From positions 52,328,001 to 52,392,000 of the forward strand of contig OX597825.1 of assembly GCA_951406725.2 (NCBI GenBank): a stretch of DNA of 64,000 bases, read 5' to 3'. Every line of letters starts with the position of its first letter. Positions within the stretch are counted from its first letter, which is position 1. Positions 25,341 through 39,892 of the stretch are shown here, piece after piece. The notes under the pieces are model-generated. The model was given only the letters and a program-made list of their open reading frames with translations. It was not told the DNA's origin and did not search any database. This stretch comes from Octopus vulgaris. Lineage: Eukaryota. Position numbers and translations under genes: made by a program.

Positions 25341-25962
25341 TACTATTATTATTATTATTATAATTATTATTATTATTATTATTATTATCATAATGCCCCG
25401 ATAGAATACCAAGCAATGGCTCTCATGGCTTCTGATCGTAGCTGACTGGGAGTGTTATGTACATTGTTCTGTCTTGGTATAAAAGATGGGCAACAAATAT
25501 TCTGCTCATTATCACAGATTTGCTGGTCAGTTGCTTGACCATAACTAGTTGAGCATGTCCCTTAGTGGCTGATAATATGTGCATCTCTGATCATGAGCAG
25601 AAGTAGTGGGGTGGGGAGCATCATAGCCATGTGTTGAGAGGAATTCTTTAGGGTTTGAATAATTTACCTCTGGAAATATGGGTGTTTCTTTCAACATCCT
25701 TAAACAACCCTTATTCAGGGACCATTTGAGTGGGATGGGCTAGTCAACTTGAAGAAAATTCTGTGCCCTACCTGCAAGGTCATACTTATATTGATATGAA
25801 ATCAACATGTCGCACACATATTGTTGTGATGCATATGCCTGGTATACCCTTATCAGATGGGTAGTCATGATGGGTATACTGGGCTTCATATATTTGTACC
25901 CCAGTGCGACTTTCAGGGCATGCACTGCTCTCTCATCCAATAATAATAATAATTATTATTAT

Positions 25963-25998
<36 letters not shown>

Positions 25999-26074
25999 TA
26001 TTATTAATAATGATATTTATAATAATATTATTATTATTATTATCATTATTATTATTATTATTATTATCATTATG

Positions 26075-26290
26075 AAGGTTGCAAGATGGTAGAATCATTA
26101 GCACCCCAGACAAAATGCTAAGCAGCATTATGTCTGTGTTTAGGTCCTGAGTTCAAATACTTCCAAGGTTGATTTTTGCCTTTCATTCTTCCAGAGTCGA
26201 TGAAATAAGTGCCAGTCAAGTACTGGGGTTGATATAGACCTTTCCCCAAAAATTTCAGGTTTTGTGCCTATAGTAAAAAAGATTATTAAT
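26075..26290 (+). mobile_element. SINE family B copy
   Basis: GGT..CAAGATGGTAGAATCATTAGCAC...GAGTTCAAAT...GCCTTTCATTC..GTCGATGAAATAAGT. Confidence 0.7.
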
Positions 26291-28769
26291 GTTATTGATC
26301 TTTTTATATTTCCGAATGGGCTGCATAGGTCTACAAGCATGTATCTCACTCTGTCTATAAGTTTCTTTATAAAGGGTAATGTTATTGAATCTCATCTACC
26401 TCTATATCTTTCTGGGTACCTTTCAATTACAAACAAATTCATCCAGCATATATCATCTTTTTACATTCATTATATCTGCTAACCAATTCAGATGTCTTGC
26501 TTGTGTATATTAAAATCTTTAGATACTTAATCATTTTTTCAACTGAAGATCATACATCATAGATGTAGAGTATAGGGATATGTAAGGTAGGAGAAAGAGA
26601 AGTGGTTCAGGAAGGATAGATCAGAAGGTAGAAATATTACATGCAGAGTGCAGGACTGGTGAGGAGGGAGACATGGGATGCATGTGGGTGGTTATAGTGC
26701 GGAGCATGCTGCAAAGAGAGATAGTAGCTATATGACATGTTAAAATGGACAATGTCCAATGAAAGAGATAACTAAAGGCACAGAGTGGAGGTGACTGGAG
26801 AAAATAGTGGTAACGAGGAAAGGTGGATTATACGGATAAAGCTTCCAGGGGTAAGGAGGTGACTGATAATGCAAAGGAAGGTGGGAGCCATAATATGTGC
26901 TATTACTGCACTCTAGGGATTACAGCTGCCAAGTAATGCCATAGATAGATGTGTAATGGAGGGCTGGGTGTTTGGAGCTTGAGATGTGGGTAATGCTTGA
27001 TGGGACAGAATGGATTACAAGCATAAAATAAATGCTTTAAGACATCATGTTTTTCAGGTGTGTGTGAGTGCATAGAGAAGTTGACATTAAAAATGATGAT
27101 ATAATATATTATCTGATCATTACCAATAGAGAAACTATTTCATTCCAACTACAGTTCCATTGTTTAGCCTCAGATTATTCCTCATCAAGCAAACCTATGA
27201 CCAATTTGTGTGTATAAGAGACCATGATATTATCAAAAATATTCTTCATCATTTAAGATTGTAGAAAGTGATTTGAGACAAGATTTGGGTACCATTTTCA
27301 TCCGGTTGAATACTGCATAGAGGTGCATTCATTAGCTCCTTTTCCCCAAGCTTTTCTTCCTGGAAGTGCTGTTACCATTATTGTTGGTGTAAATAATAAT
27401 AATATCATTGTTGGTGAAAACAATGTTGCTCTCAACCTCTCCTGTTGCCATGTTAACATACACTTTGTTTGTATATATTCCTCATCTGATTCAAACCAGT
27501 ATAGGCTGTCATTAATTTAACAATTCTAATTCAATTCTGCTCTCACTCCAACCCCAACCTCTTCAGTGACATCACTGAAGAGGTACACTTGAAACTTCAG
27601 AGTATTGAACTTTGCTAATTATTTTATTCTGAACTGTTGCTGAAGGCATTTTCCTTTTTATGTAAAACTTTCATTTTTCTAACAGTACTATCTCACTTAT
27701 TGAATATCTTCAACAAGTAATTAGCTGTAATTAGCAGTGATAGTCATGTTGGGATTTTATGTTTTTTATAATAATTAAAACTAAATTCCTTGTACAGTAT
27801 TGCTGACATTTATCACTTTAAAGTATGTTGTTTTATTCCAACTGAAGATTAACAACTGTAAAACAATGGTTCACTGACAATTAAAGACACCAAGAACATG
27901 ATAGCTGTAATAAAATGGTGTCTAACAGGGATTTCTGTTTTTAGTAAGGAACTATAAATTCCTTGAGAGAGTTGAACTTGTTCTTCCATCACACTTTAGC
28001 TTTCAACACACTAAGATGAATGATAAAACTGAGCTTGGAGGGTTTTGTACTCAATTCATAAAGCAATGCAACTGGCCTTTTTTTTTGTGTATGTTCTACC
28101 ATTTCTATCACATACTACCCACATATATTTTTTCTACCTCACCTTCTTGTAACTTGAGTATTCACAGTTGCACCTTATATTATCTCTTCAGTTACCCCTT
28201 CTTATACAATGCTGGCTAACCATGTATATCCTCTAAAGCAGGACACATATGCTTGTCTTTCTATCATACTTTAGCCTTTCAACATCTGGCATATGACCAC
28301 TGCCTATTCTCAAATCTAACTTAGTTGAGGGGACTTTTTCTTTTGTTGTGTTGTCTTGTAAGCTACTTGCTTACCTTACTAGTTTTAGTGGCATAAAGAA
28401 AGCATCCAGAACACACTGTGAAGTGGTCAGTATTAAAAAGGGTATCTAGTTGTGGAAACCATGCCATTGCTGATACAGGAGCCTAATGCTGTCCTGCAGC
28501 TTGCTAAATCCTATCAAGTCATCCAGCCCATGCCAACATAGTAAACAAAGTTTGAATAATGAGGATGATAATGATGATGATTTTCACTAGCAGTAGATGG
28601 AGACATAGTTGTATAGTACAGAAGTTCACTTCCCAGTATCATGGTTTCTAGTCGAGTCCAATTGTGTGGCATCATTGGCAAGTGTCTTCAACTAAAGACC
28701 AAAGCTTTGGTAGATGGAAACTGAAAGAAACCCATTACATACATACACATATACATATGTGTATATACG

Positions 28770-28818
<49 letters not shown>

Positions 28819-28848
28819 ATTATGTATGTATAAAATGTACATACACAC

Positions 28849-29250
28849 AGGTGTGGCTGTGTAGTAAAAAGCTTGCTTCCCAACCACATGGTTCCAGGTT
28901 CAGTCTCACTGTGTGACACCTTAGGTAAGTGTTTTCTTCTATAGCCTCAGTTCAACCAAAGCCTTGTAAGTGGATTTGATTGATGGAAACTGAAATAAGC
29001 TCATTGAATAGTGTGGTGTGATATTATATATATCTGTGTGTGGTTTTGTGTCAGTATTTGTTCCTCCATTACTACATGACAACCAGTGTTGGTGTGTTTA
29101 TGTCCCCATAACATAGTGCTTTGGCAAAAGAGACCAATAAGACAAGTACCCAGCTTTAAAAAATGTCCTGAGGTCAATTTGTTTGGTTAAAACCCTTCAA
29201 GGCAGTGCTCCAGCATGGCAACAATTAAATGACTGAAACAAGTAATAGAA
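28849..29250 (+). mobile_element. SINE family A, full length
   Basis: tRNA-like head, central TA/TG tract, tail AAGGCAGTGCTCCAGCATGGC...ATGACTGAAACAAGTAA. Confidence 0.8.
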
Positions 29251-30334
29251 TAAATGTACACATCTATGTGTCTGTGGGTGTGTGGATATGTGAGTGTATG
29301 TGTTTACATGGGTATGTGTATATGTACGTGTGTCACCTTGACTTGGCATTATTGTGGTATTGCCATAAGAATGGTGTTGCTCATTCCCAATCTCCTGTGG
29401 AAACATGTGTCAAACCATGGGGAAATATTACCATGCCAGGAACATTTATGAGTTGGGGATGGAAGGTACCCAGCAGCAGAAAATCTACCTTGACTAATTT
29501 TGTCTAACCTATGCAAACATGGAAAATTAGGATAATGAAGATGATGTTGAGAAGATCACCAGAATATAATTGATTAATGTCTGTTGTTCTATCATCTCGA
29601 CTCTGTCTCAGCTCACATCTATTAACTCCTACAAGCAATAAACCATAGAAATTTGACTGACAGAGGCAACTCTTTTGTAGGAATTGTAAGTCTGGAGCAT
29701 TTAATGACTGAATCAACAATCCTGCTGACATTTGAACTGGAAATTTACAAGTGAAGACTAAATAATATGGTAAATTGTTGCCTTCTACTGGTTCTTCTGA
29801 CTCAAAACCCTGCCTATTCAAATATTGATTTCTAGATCGACATGAGATCACACATTTGTAAAAGAGGGATAAAGTTGATGGAACTAACCTTTGCATATGC
29901 CTGTTATTTATTCTATTGGCTTTGGAAGAATGAACAGGAAAAAATCGATCCTAGTTGGATTTTGAATTTAAAAGTGAATTTATAATGTATTTCTTCTGGT
30001 TCTCTATCATTTTTATTGCACTACATTCTTTACCAATTCAAATATTGATAAGTGAATGATGATGTTCTGCTGGTTGAGGCGTTTGATTCCTCATACTTGT
30101 GATGTTTCCTTCATATTCTAGCATAATAATCATAAAATCAAAAGAAGAAAAAGGTGACGTTATTTCCAGGAATGAGGCTCAAGAAAAATGAAATTTCGCT
30201 TGTCATTAAGGTTAAAGTGCTGATACAGTTACCACTGCTGCTACTACAGCTACTCCACCCTTCACCTCCTCCTACTCCTACTATTACAATTACTACTACT
30301 AGCATCACGACCACATAAAGATGATGATGGTTGT

Positions 30335-31061
30335 TCAGGTTGTAACCCAGTAGAATCGTTAGCTTGTGGGGCAAAATTTTTAACAATATTTTGTCCGTCT
30401 TTGCATTTTGAATTCAAATTCCACTGAGGTCGACTTTGCCTTTCATCCTTTTGAGGTTGATGAATTAAATACCAATGAAACACTGGGGATGATGTAATTG
30501 ACTACTCCCCTCCCCACAAATATGATGCCTTGTGCCTCCAGTAGAAAGGATCATCATCATCACCACCACCACCATCATCATCATTGTCATCATTGTTATT
30601 GTTATTATTACTATTATTATTAAAGTAGTGAAGTAGCAGAATCATTAGCATGCTGGGTAATGTGCTTTGTGACATTTTAGCCAGCTTTAATGCTCTGAGT
30701 TCAAATCCTGCTGATGTCATCTTTGCCCTTCATCCTTTCCGAGCCAATGAAATGAATACCAGTTAAACACTGGGCTCAATGTACTCGACTATCCCCCTCC
30801 TTCAAACTTGCTGGACTTGTGCCAAAATTTGAAACCATTATTATTATTGTTATTATTATTATTTGAGCTGGCAGAATTGTTAACACACTGGATGAAATGC
30901 TTAGCAGTATTTCATCTGCTGCTACATTTTGAGTTCAAATTCTGTTGAGGTTGACTTTGCTTTTCATCCTTTCAAGGTTGATGTAATCAAATTGTCCCTT
31001 CCCACAAATTTCAGGCCTCGTAGAAAGAGTTATTATTATTATTATTATTGTTGTTGTTATT

Positions 31062-31096
<35 letters not shown>

Positions 31097-31097
31097 G

Positions 31098-31129
<32 letters not shown>

Positions 31130-31220
31130 CATCCTCATCATCATCATCATCATCATTATTATTATTATCATCATTATTATTATCATCATTATTATTATCA
31201 TCATTATTATTATCATCATT

Positions 31221-31270
<50 letters not shown>

Positions 31271-31526
31271 TTTCCTTCTTTCTTCAAATTTTCTTCCATT
31301 TCTCACCGAGTGATTTCTGTACACCTAGGGCAGAGAAGCTCATTGTATGCATTCCCAGATTACACACGCAAATTCACAGGTAAAATATGTATTTAAAAAA
31401 TTAATAAATGAATAAATTTATGAATGGATGTTATTTTCACAGCGATAATGCTCTTCTCAGTATATGAACCATTCCAGTTAACACGATTTTTGGCACTTAT
31501 AATTATTATTATTATCATCATCATCA

Positions 31527-31578
<52 letters not shown>

Positions 31579-31790
31579 CATTAATAAGGTGGCAAGGTGG
31601 CAGAGTCGTTAGAATGCCAGACAAAATGCTTAGTGGAATTTAATCTGTCTTTATTTTCTTTGTTCAAATTCTGCCAAGGTCGACTTTGCCTCTTATCCTT
31701 TCCGAGTAGATAATTAATCACTTGGATCAATATAACTGACTACCCCTCACTCCAAAATTTCAGTTCTGGTGCCTATAGAAGAAAGGATTA
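30335..31790 (+). mobile_element. Cluster of four same-orientation SINE family B copies separated by (ATT)n/(CAT)n tracts
   Basis: Heads at ~30335, ~30625, ~30865 and ~31586, each with CAAATTC...GACTTTGCC/TTTCATCCTTT; long trinucleotide tract at 31030-31270. Confidence 0.75.
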
Positions 31791-32400
31791 TTTATATATT
31801 ATATGCTTAGGTTGAAATGTATTATGCTGTGACATGATTAGCTGAAGAGAAAGGTGAAAAGTGGGTGAGAAAGAGAGAGAGAGGTGCTAACAATGTGAAA
31901 AATAATAATTATTACGAGGTTAAAGAGTTAGTTGAAGGAAGTGATATAGAGAAAGAGAGTTAGAAATAGAATGTTTAGCAGTGAGGTGATGCTCCACTGG
32001 TGAGGTTAAAGAAAGGCAAATAGAGAGAGGAAAGGGCATAGTTACATTATTACCAGCCCATGCATTCAGCTGTCATGTGGTTAGTGGAAGTCAGAGGTGA
32101 AGAGAAAGAGTAGATGAGAAATGATTATGATGTGAAGAGGGAAATGACATGGTTAAAAAGTTTTCTGAAGTAAAAGGTAGAAAGAAAAAGAGAGAAAAAT
32201 ATATAGGGCTCAGCAGAAAGAAATTTTAAACATCATAAATTATTGTGATTGACCAGGAAATAACATTTTAATATTAAATATTTTATATGTCCTATCTGTC
32301 ACTATTTATCTATGAATCTATTTGTCACATTGATAAATACATCGATGGCTGGATGAAAAAAGGAATGCTTACATTAGATATGATAATAAACTTATAGAAG

Positions 32401-32638
32401 TTGTATCTGGGGAGTCATTTTCTTTTTGTGCTTTATAATTTAACACACTCACTGGTAAAATTTCCATTTATTTCTTATTTTTATTTTCCTAAAATTTTTG
32501 CTGCTTCTTTCAACCTTTTCAATAGTGTTGATGCAACGAAAATTTTAAGAAAATAAAAATAAGAAATAAGTGGAAATTTTACCGGTGAGTGTGTTAAATT
32601 ATAAGGCACGAAAAGAAAATGACTCTCCCCAGACACAA
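32401..32638. repeat. Long inverted repeat, ~105 bp arms with ~27 bp spacer
   Basis: 32401-32504 is the reverse complement of ~32532-32638 with scattered mismatches. Confidence 0.85.
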
Positions 32639-33079
32639 TAGAATATGCTTCAACGCACGAACTCACATAAAGAATCTTGCAAACCAAATCTAAAAGAGAT
32701 ATTTATAGAAGATACCAAGATAAATTTTTCAATAAAAGTTTAATAACTTAGCAAAACATCCATGGATCTTATTATTTTTTAAAATTTCTTATTTTAACTT
32801 TGTACTGACAGAAGAAAAGTAACATAAACAAACAACTGAACTGAAATGAAATGAAATAATCTTAGTTGAAAAAGAACTTAGACTGAGCTTTGTTACAGAA
32901 AACTATAATGCTGGTAGTGGTGATGATGGTGGTGGAGGTGTCAGTGGTGAGTGGATAGCAAAATGTGTAGTTTTTTTATAATTAGAACTAAATATTTTAT
33001 ATCACCTATCACTTGATGCATGCACATAAGAGCAATTATTTATCATCTGTTTGCTTGAAAATTGATATTTGTTTATAAA

Positions 33080-33533
33080 ATATGGATGACAGATGATGTA
33101 AGCTAACAAAAGAAAGATTTTAGCAACAACATAAAAAGAAACAAATCATTAGAACAAGCAGGAGAGCATCAGTGTGTAGAAGGAAGGAATAAGGGAATGT
33201 GTTCAAGATAGAATACTAAATGAAAATATGATAGAATGTAAAAACAAAAAAGCTGTAAACCAGGTTGAAAGTTACAACATCGGTGATATGAATATTCTCT
33301 GTAATCATTGTGAATCTCTTGGAATTATAAATGAGCCTCCGAACTGCTGAAAGAATGGGAAAGTCATGCTCCCTCAGTTACAACCTCATTCAGAAGAACT
33401 GAAAGGTGTTTTAAATGAAAATAATGCAGAATATACAATTTATAAAGGAACGCTAATTTTTATGGCTCTTTATAAACTCACAAACATCTAAAACATTCCA
33501 TATTTACCATGGAATTTCCATGGATACTGCTAA
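33080..33533 (+). mobile_element. Deleted Helitron: N-terminal zinc-finger fragment of Rep/Hel joined to a 3' terminus
   Basis: From 33273: YNIGDMNILCNHCESLGIINEPPNC*KNGKVMLPQLQPHSEELKGVL, matching the Helitron IG.M...C..C...E....CC..GKV.LP motif; palindrome CCATGGAA-T-TTCCATGG at 33507-33523, then CTAA|T at 33530-33534. The 5' boundary is not defined. Confidence 0.7.
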
Positions 33534-36500
33534 TTGTTATTATTAATTTTAATTTGCATACTGTGACCATTCTTTTCTCTGATTATGACTTGATGAAAGC
33601 TTCAGAAAATATCTGCATTGCTATGAATGTTCATTCTGAAATTGGTTGGAACTGAAGATTTTGGTAACCCATTTTGTTGATAGTTGCTGAAAAGAAGTCA
33701 TCTGTAGTATTAAAAACTTCAACTACTTACATGTTTGTCAGTCAGATTGTTTTACTCATGGAAGTATGATAAAAACATGAGTGACATAAACTAGTTTAGT
33801 TGCAGTTTATGACAGTGAAATGGCAACTTGTGTATATATACTAATTCGATTTATAATATGTCATTACTACCATCGCCACCACCATCACTAAAGTTATCCC
33901 CCTATCACCACCATCATCATCACCTCTACTACTTCGGCCAACAATATCATTACCACCACCACAACAACCTACACAACCATCACTGACACACCATCATCAT
34001 TGCAACTTACAACACCACAACCACCACCACCATCAACATCATCATCATCACTACAACAGCATCAGCATCAAAACTAACAACAACCATGGTCCTTACCACC
34101 ACAAACGTGTTGTCTACAATTCACATTAAATATGAAAAATAGTGTCAGATTTTTTAATTTGTTAGAGGATCATTCTTTAGTTGCAATCATAATGACCTTA
34201 CAAGTGTAATTTTCATTATAAGTATTGCATCACTTGTTTATCTAGTATTGATTCATTATTATTTTCTATCCCTTAGAATCTTCTCTGAATGTTTAAGAAT
34301 AACCAATAAGTTGTGGTTTATATTTTCCTTTTCTCTTTTGTTAGACCCTACAGTATATGTCATAGAAGATGACCTCCCTCCAACTAAATTATATGAGACA
34401 TTCTTAGAACAACAAAACCATTCTTGAAGTACTATTGAATAAAAGATATTTAAGAGAACTCCTTCAATAATAAATTACTGAAGCAATTCATTAGCAAATG
34501 TCATAATTTGTATAACTATCCTACTCATTGTTAATGTAGAAATTACTAATTACTAATTGAAATATTTGCATCATCTTCAGTATCCACTGTAGTTACTTTG
34601 CCACATATAGCACAGGTGGTGAAAAGAAAACACCGAGCACATGTAAAGTGGTGGCACTTGGAAGGGTTTCTAATCATAGAAACCATGCTAAAGTAGACAG
34701 TGGAGCATAATGCAGTCCTTGGATCTGCTGAATCTTGTTAAAATCATCCAAACCATATCAGCGTGGACCAAGGAGATTCAGTGATGATGATGGGGATGTG
34801 ATATGTGTGCGTGAATGTGTGTATGTGTATGCATTTGTGTGTGTGTAATTCTTGGTAGTATATACATCTGTATGTATATATATAGTTCTCTGTAACATAT
34901 GCACACACACACAGATACATGTACAGATATATGGTCAACAGATGAGATTCAGAGATGCTCAATATATAAGACACTTAGTAGTGCTCAAACGCTTTGAACT
35001 TATACACCAAAATCTTTATAAAGGACTAAGTCAGCAGGGTAAAAAGTAGTTATATGTGGAATCCAGGTGAGTAGACATGGAGATAATGATGCAGATAAAC
35101 AAATAAAACTGCTTGGGCTAGATATACAAAATATATATATACACACATGCATGTAAATAGAGAGAAAGCAAAGACTGAAAATATTCAGATGATGAGTATT
35201 CAAGGGCATCCAGCTGTAGAAACATTGCCAGATTAGACTGGAGCCTGGTGCAGTCTTCTGGCTTCCCAGAACCCCGGTCGAACCGTCCAACCCATGCTAG
35301 CATGGAGAACGGACGTTAAACGATGATGATGATGATGATATTGACAGAGAAGATTTACACAGTGTACAAAGACACACAAAGCTAAGGGGTGAAGTTATGA
35401 TATTACAGGTTCGACAGCTGTTTCATGGTGCTCAATATTACACAACAATCCTTTCTACTAAAGGCCTGAAATTTGGTGGATGGAGACCAGTTGATTACAT
35501 CGACCACAGTGTTTCGCTAGTGCTTAATTTATCAACCCTGGAAAGGATGAAAGGAAAGTCAACAAGGCAGAATTCGAACTTAGAATGTAAAGACAGATGA
35601 AATGCTACTTTGCATTTTGTCTGGCATGTTAACAATTTTGCAAGCTTGCCACCTTAGGAGTTGGGTAATAATGTTGGCAGATGTAGTTCACAAAAAACGT
35701 TAAGGATAGGCAACCAGAAGTGGATACACACAAACATTAAATCCATAAAGGCAAGATACATAACTTGCCTTTTTGTAATTTCTAGCTTTGTCACTTCATA
35801 AATGTTTTGCTTAGTAAAAGGTGACGAGAGAATGTTTATGTCTACTAGTGACTACATAGGTGCTGAAAGCAATTAGGTAAAACATGGTACATATTACCAA
35901 GACATATTCACCCACAGTGGTGGCTATGCTGTATACTTGGGTTGGCAAAACCAATAGAGGGCCAAACAGAATACCTTCCAGTATTTGTTTCCCTTTAGGT
36001 TCAAGTTTAAATCCCAGTGAGAATTTCTTTCTCATCGTTCATGACTATGAACAAGTTGGTACTGCAACTGAGATCATTTATAGCTTTGACCTCATATTAG
36101 GAAATATTGTTGCTGTTCCCCCCTCATTTCTGGTATGGGCATACTTTTATTATTTTAAAGTATTATGATGTATAAATGTACATGGAAAATTTGACTGGGA
36201 ACAGTTGGTGTTGCCACTAATATTTGCTTTTGGAGTAAGAAAGGGAGAGAAACTTTACTAAGAAATAGAAGAGAGGATGAAAATTCCATATAAGGAGAGA
36301 GAAACACTTCAGGGTTTATAGTTTTTTTTTATTATTATCATTATGAGAGGCCTTTTTCTTATGAGTGAAAGACCATATGAAATAATATTTCCATATAATC
36401 TATTTTCATTTCTTTTAAGTGTCCTAGTAGTTGTAGATAGCACTATTTCACCCTTCTTAACTTGCCCATTTATTTTGTTGAAACTTCTACATTCAATTGT

Positions 36501-36599
36501 GATATATAACCTTAAGAAAATACCATCCATTTCCACTGAATATGATTAGCACTCACCTAGAACTCTCACAATTGCTCCAAATTCTGGTCCAAACAATCT

Positions 36600-37090
36600 T
36601 CGCAAAAACATTTCCTTACAATATCTGGGATCACATTCCAAAGATTGGTCCTTTTATTTTAAGGTCAGAAAATATTTCAACCTCAACTGCTGCTGACACT
36701 ATGAGATACAAGACCCACAATAGAGTACTGTTCCAATATCTTGAATAGTGCTGCATTTAAGCACAGAGACATCCACAACCACTTCAACAGAAAAGTCATT
36801 TAGCAGTTTGATATTAAATCCATAATGGTATCTCCAGCTTCTGGCCTATAGGTGTTCTGTCTCATCTCTCTGTCTTTTATGTTACTGCTCCAATGGTCTC
36901 TGTTCCTTGGAGCTGATTGATCTCACACGTCTACCACTTAGGCACTCCCAAACATTAATCCTTCCACTGCACCTCCATCGCCCTTTATGACACCATACTA
37001 ATCACTATTCCAGCTCCTTCCTCTCCAGATCATCATCTCCCAGGAACTCTCTTCTTGCATGTTTTCATTCCAGCAGCTACAACATTGTGA
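36600..37090 (+). mobile_element. Degenerate LINE post-RT fragment (CR1/Jockey group)
   Basis: Fragments YKTH..EYCSNI, LAYRCSVSSLCL, CSNGLCSLEL resemble the YK.QIRP.MEYCS / L.HRR.V.SL.LFY motifs. Confidence 0.55.
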
Positions 37091-37791
37091 ATTTATACTA
37101 TGAAGGATTTTTCTTCAGCTGAGCTCATCAAATCAGTTACATTGATGTCAAAGTTTGCTGTATATATCTTCGAGAAAGCATGAATGATGAATACAACAAT
37201 GTCTTTAAGTTGGTCAACAATTATGATGATTATAATGAAGAAAGTAAAGTTTCTTGTAATGAATAATATGTTAAAACAGAAGATAGCAGCAACTGTATAA
37301 AGTTTCACAAGTATTTTCTTAGTTGGATGAGAATTATTAATGAAAGGTAATTAATTACTGGAATATAAGTTATGTTTTTTTTTTGACACTGATAATAATG
37401 ATGTTGTTGGCTATAATAAAGTTATTCAACAAAGATTAATAACTAAATTATATGCAACAACAATAATAACAACATTTGAGTTAAGTTTTGGTTAAATTTA
37501 GTGTCATATAATCCATCATTCAAAGAACTGTGATCAAATTTGGTCTGGAATTTTGGAATATATAGAAAAATAGATAATTAAAATAAAATAAAAGGAAGGA
37601 TGGTAAGGATAAGCAGATAGGAAAAATTGAAAAATGGTGGGTGCTGTTTTTAGTTTGTTAATTCTGAAAAATCAATCTTTAGTAAAATGTTCCATGGTAA
37701 TACTGCTATCTAATATTGAATTAACAAAACAGTTTTAATTAAATTCATAATCATGATATTTTACCCTATAAAATATCAAATAACTGTTTCA

Positions 37792-37846
<55 letters not shown>

Positions 37847-39267
37847 GCTGTTGTTGTTAAGTTGTTCTTTTTGTTACTACTGTTGCTGTTGTCGCTGCAG
37901 TTTTTATTGTCATCATGATAGTCTTTGTTGTTCAGTGACATTTGAGAGATTCCAGTGCCAATATATTGCTGGAACTGTATAAAGTACAACTAAATAAATA
38001 CAGAAATTCATCAAAGAGAATTTCCACAGCTTTAGCCTACAGCTTTGTCATGCTTTTCTTTCTGTTTGGAATTTTAACTTTAAAAGTAAAAGAACACAAA
38101 AAAACAATCTTTACACAATAACAGTTTATGAAAATTGCTTTGTATTTCTTTTTTAATTTATATATAATATTTTCTCCCTTTTCTCGTTATTTCTGTAAAT
38201 AATGTTTTGTTATTAATCGATGAACACAGGCATATAATGATCAGAAATAATGAGTTTCTTTATAATATACTTAACAATATGTAATATGGTAGCATCTCTG
38301 TAGCATTACTGAAGACTATCTTCAGATTTACTTGTGCCTTATTGTTGTTAGTGATATTTTAAAATTTTATCCTCTTCTACAATTGACTTAACTGTTTAGG
38401 AATTCTGGGATAACAAATATGCTTCTTGTATTTTATTTTATTTTTTGCTTCATGGATATGAAAAAAAAAATGAGAAAACAAAATCCTGTCATTTGTTAAA
38501 CAATTGATACTTCTCAATTGTATGAGAATATTGGTATTTATGAGAAGAACAAAGCAACAAATGTATAGGATAGGCAGTATTATGATTAATTTAATCAACC
38601 TCAGTATATTACAGGTAAACAATACTTTAGTATTTAAACCAGCCATATCCAGCCAACATATTTTATCTGTTTTATGTTCAAAGTGGCATCTCACACCAAT
38701 TCTACAATATAATTATAAAAATTAACAGTTACCTTATCTGAATGCTAAAGGTATAAGGATGCTTTTGATGTGATTTTAAATCAAATTGTAATGTAACTAA
38801 ATACTGCAAATTATGTTCTCAAGAACTCTACCATTTTTGCCATCTACCACTGTATATTAATAATCTAGAAATATTCATGTGTACCCTCAGTAGATACATT
38901 GCATGACTGCCGCCAAAAGAATTTCATTTAATTTAGTTTCCTTTCAGGAGTTAAATCCTCTTCTAAAGTTTCAAAACAGTTTGGCAACTTTGTTGTTGTT
39001 TGAGGTGATCAATGCAGCTTCCTCAAATACTTATCATATTACCATATAATCTAGATAATATGATAAGCATTTCTATAATGGTAACTAATAGATATGAGCA
39101 GAATGGTGAAGTTCTGCTCCTGGTAAAGGAATGCATTCTAGAAATGTTTCATCAAACTACGGAACTATAAAAGTGCTGGGTGATATTACTGTATAAATAC
39201 ACATAATAACGCACACAGGCACAAAGACACAGATACACACATATACAGACACATTTATATACATATG

Positions 39268-39320
<53 letters not shown>

Positions 39321-39524
39321 GATTCCATTGAATTAGGTACTTAAATTGAGGTACCTTACTATATTAATACAATATTAATGGAATATTGAATATCAAGACT
39401 TGAGGCAAGAGTGTTTGTACTTGATATTCTTGCTGTGTGAAATGGCCATATTGAATTGGCATCTGCACATCTTTGTTACTTGTTTATATTATATATATAT
39501 ATGTATGTATGTATGTATATATAT

Positions 39525-39892
39525 ATTCTTTTATTTGTTTCAGTCATTTGACTGTGGTAAATCTATCCCAGGACTTATTCTTTGTAAGCCTAGTACTTAT
39601 TCTATCAGTCTCTTTTGCCAAACCATTGAGCTACAGGGATGTAAACACATCAGTATTGATTGTCAAGCAATGTTGGTGGGAACAAACACACACGCACCCA
39701 CATACATACATATATAAACATTTATATATATATGTACGACGGGCTTCTTTCAGTTTCTTCTACCAAAACCACTCACAAAGCTTTGGTCAGCTTGAGGCTA
39801 TAGTAGAAGACACTTACCCAAGGTGGCATGCAGTGGGACTGAACCCGAAACCATGTAGCTGGTAAGCAAGCTACTTACCATACAGCCACACA
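39525..39892 (-). mobile_element. SINE family A, full length
   Basis: Reverse complement of the family A tail and head; further minus copies at 44122-44472 and 59058-59395. Confidence 0.8.

Noticed and set aside
25390-25940. 550 bp segment between (TAT)n and (AAT)n, possibly the 5' part of a Dong-like element
   Set aside because: No second copy or coding motif in this window to support a classification.
26560-27010. Purine-rich stretch possibly from a minus-strand PLE tail
   Set aside because: Only a vague peptide resemblance; no recoverable HHR or GIY-YIG motif.
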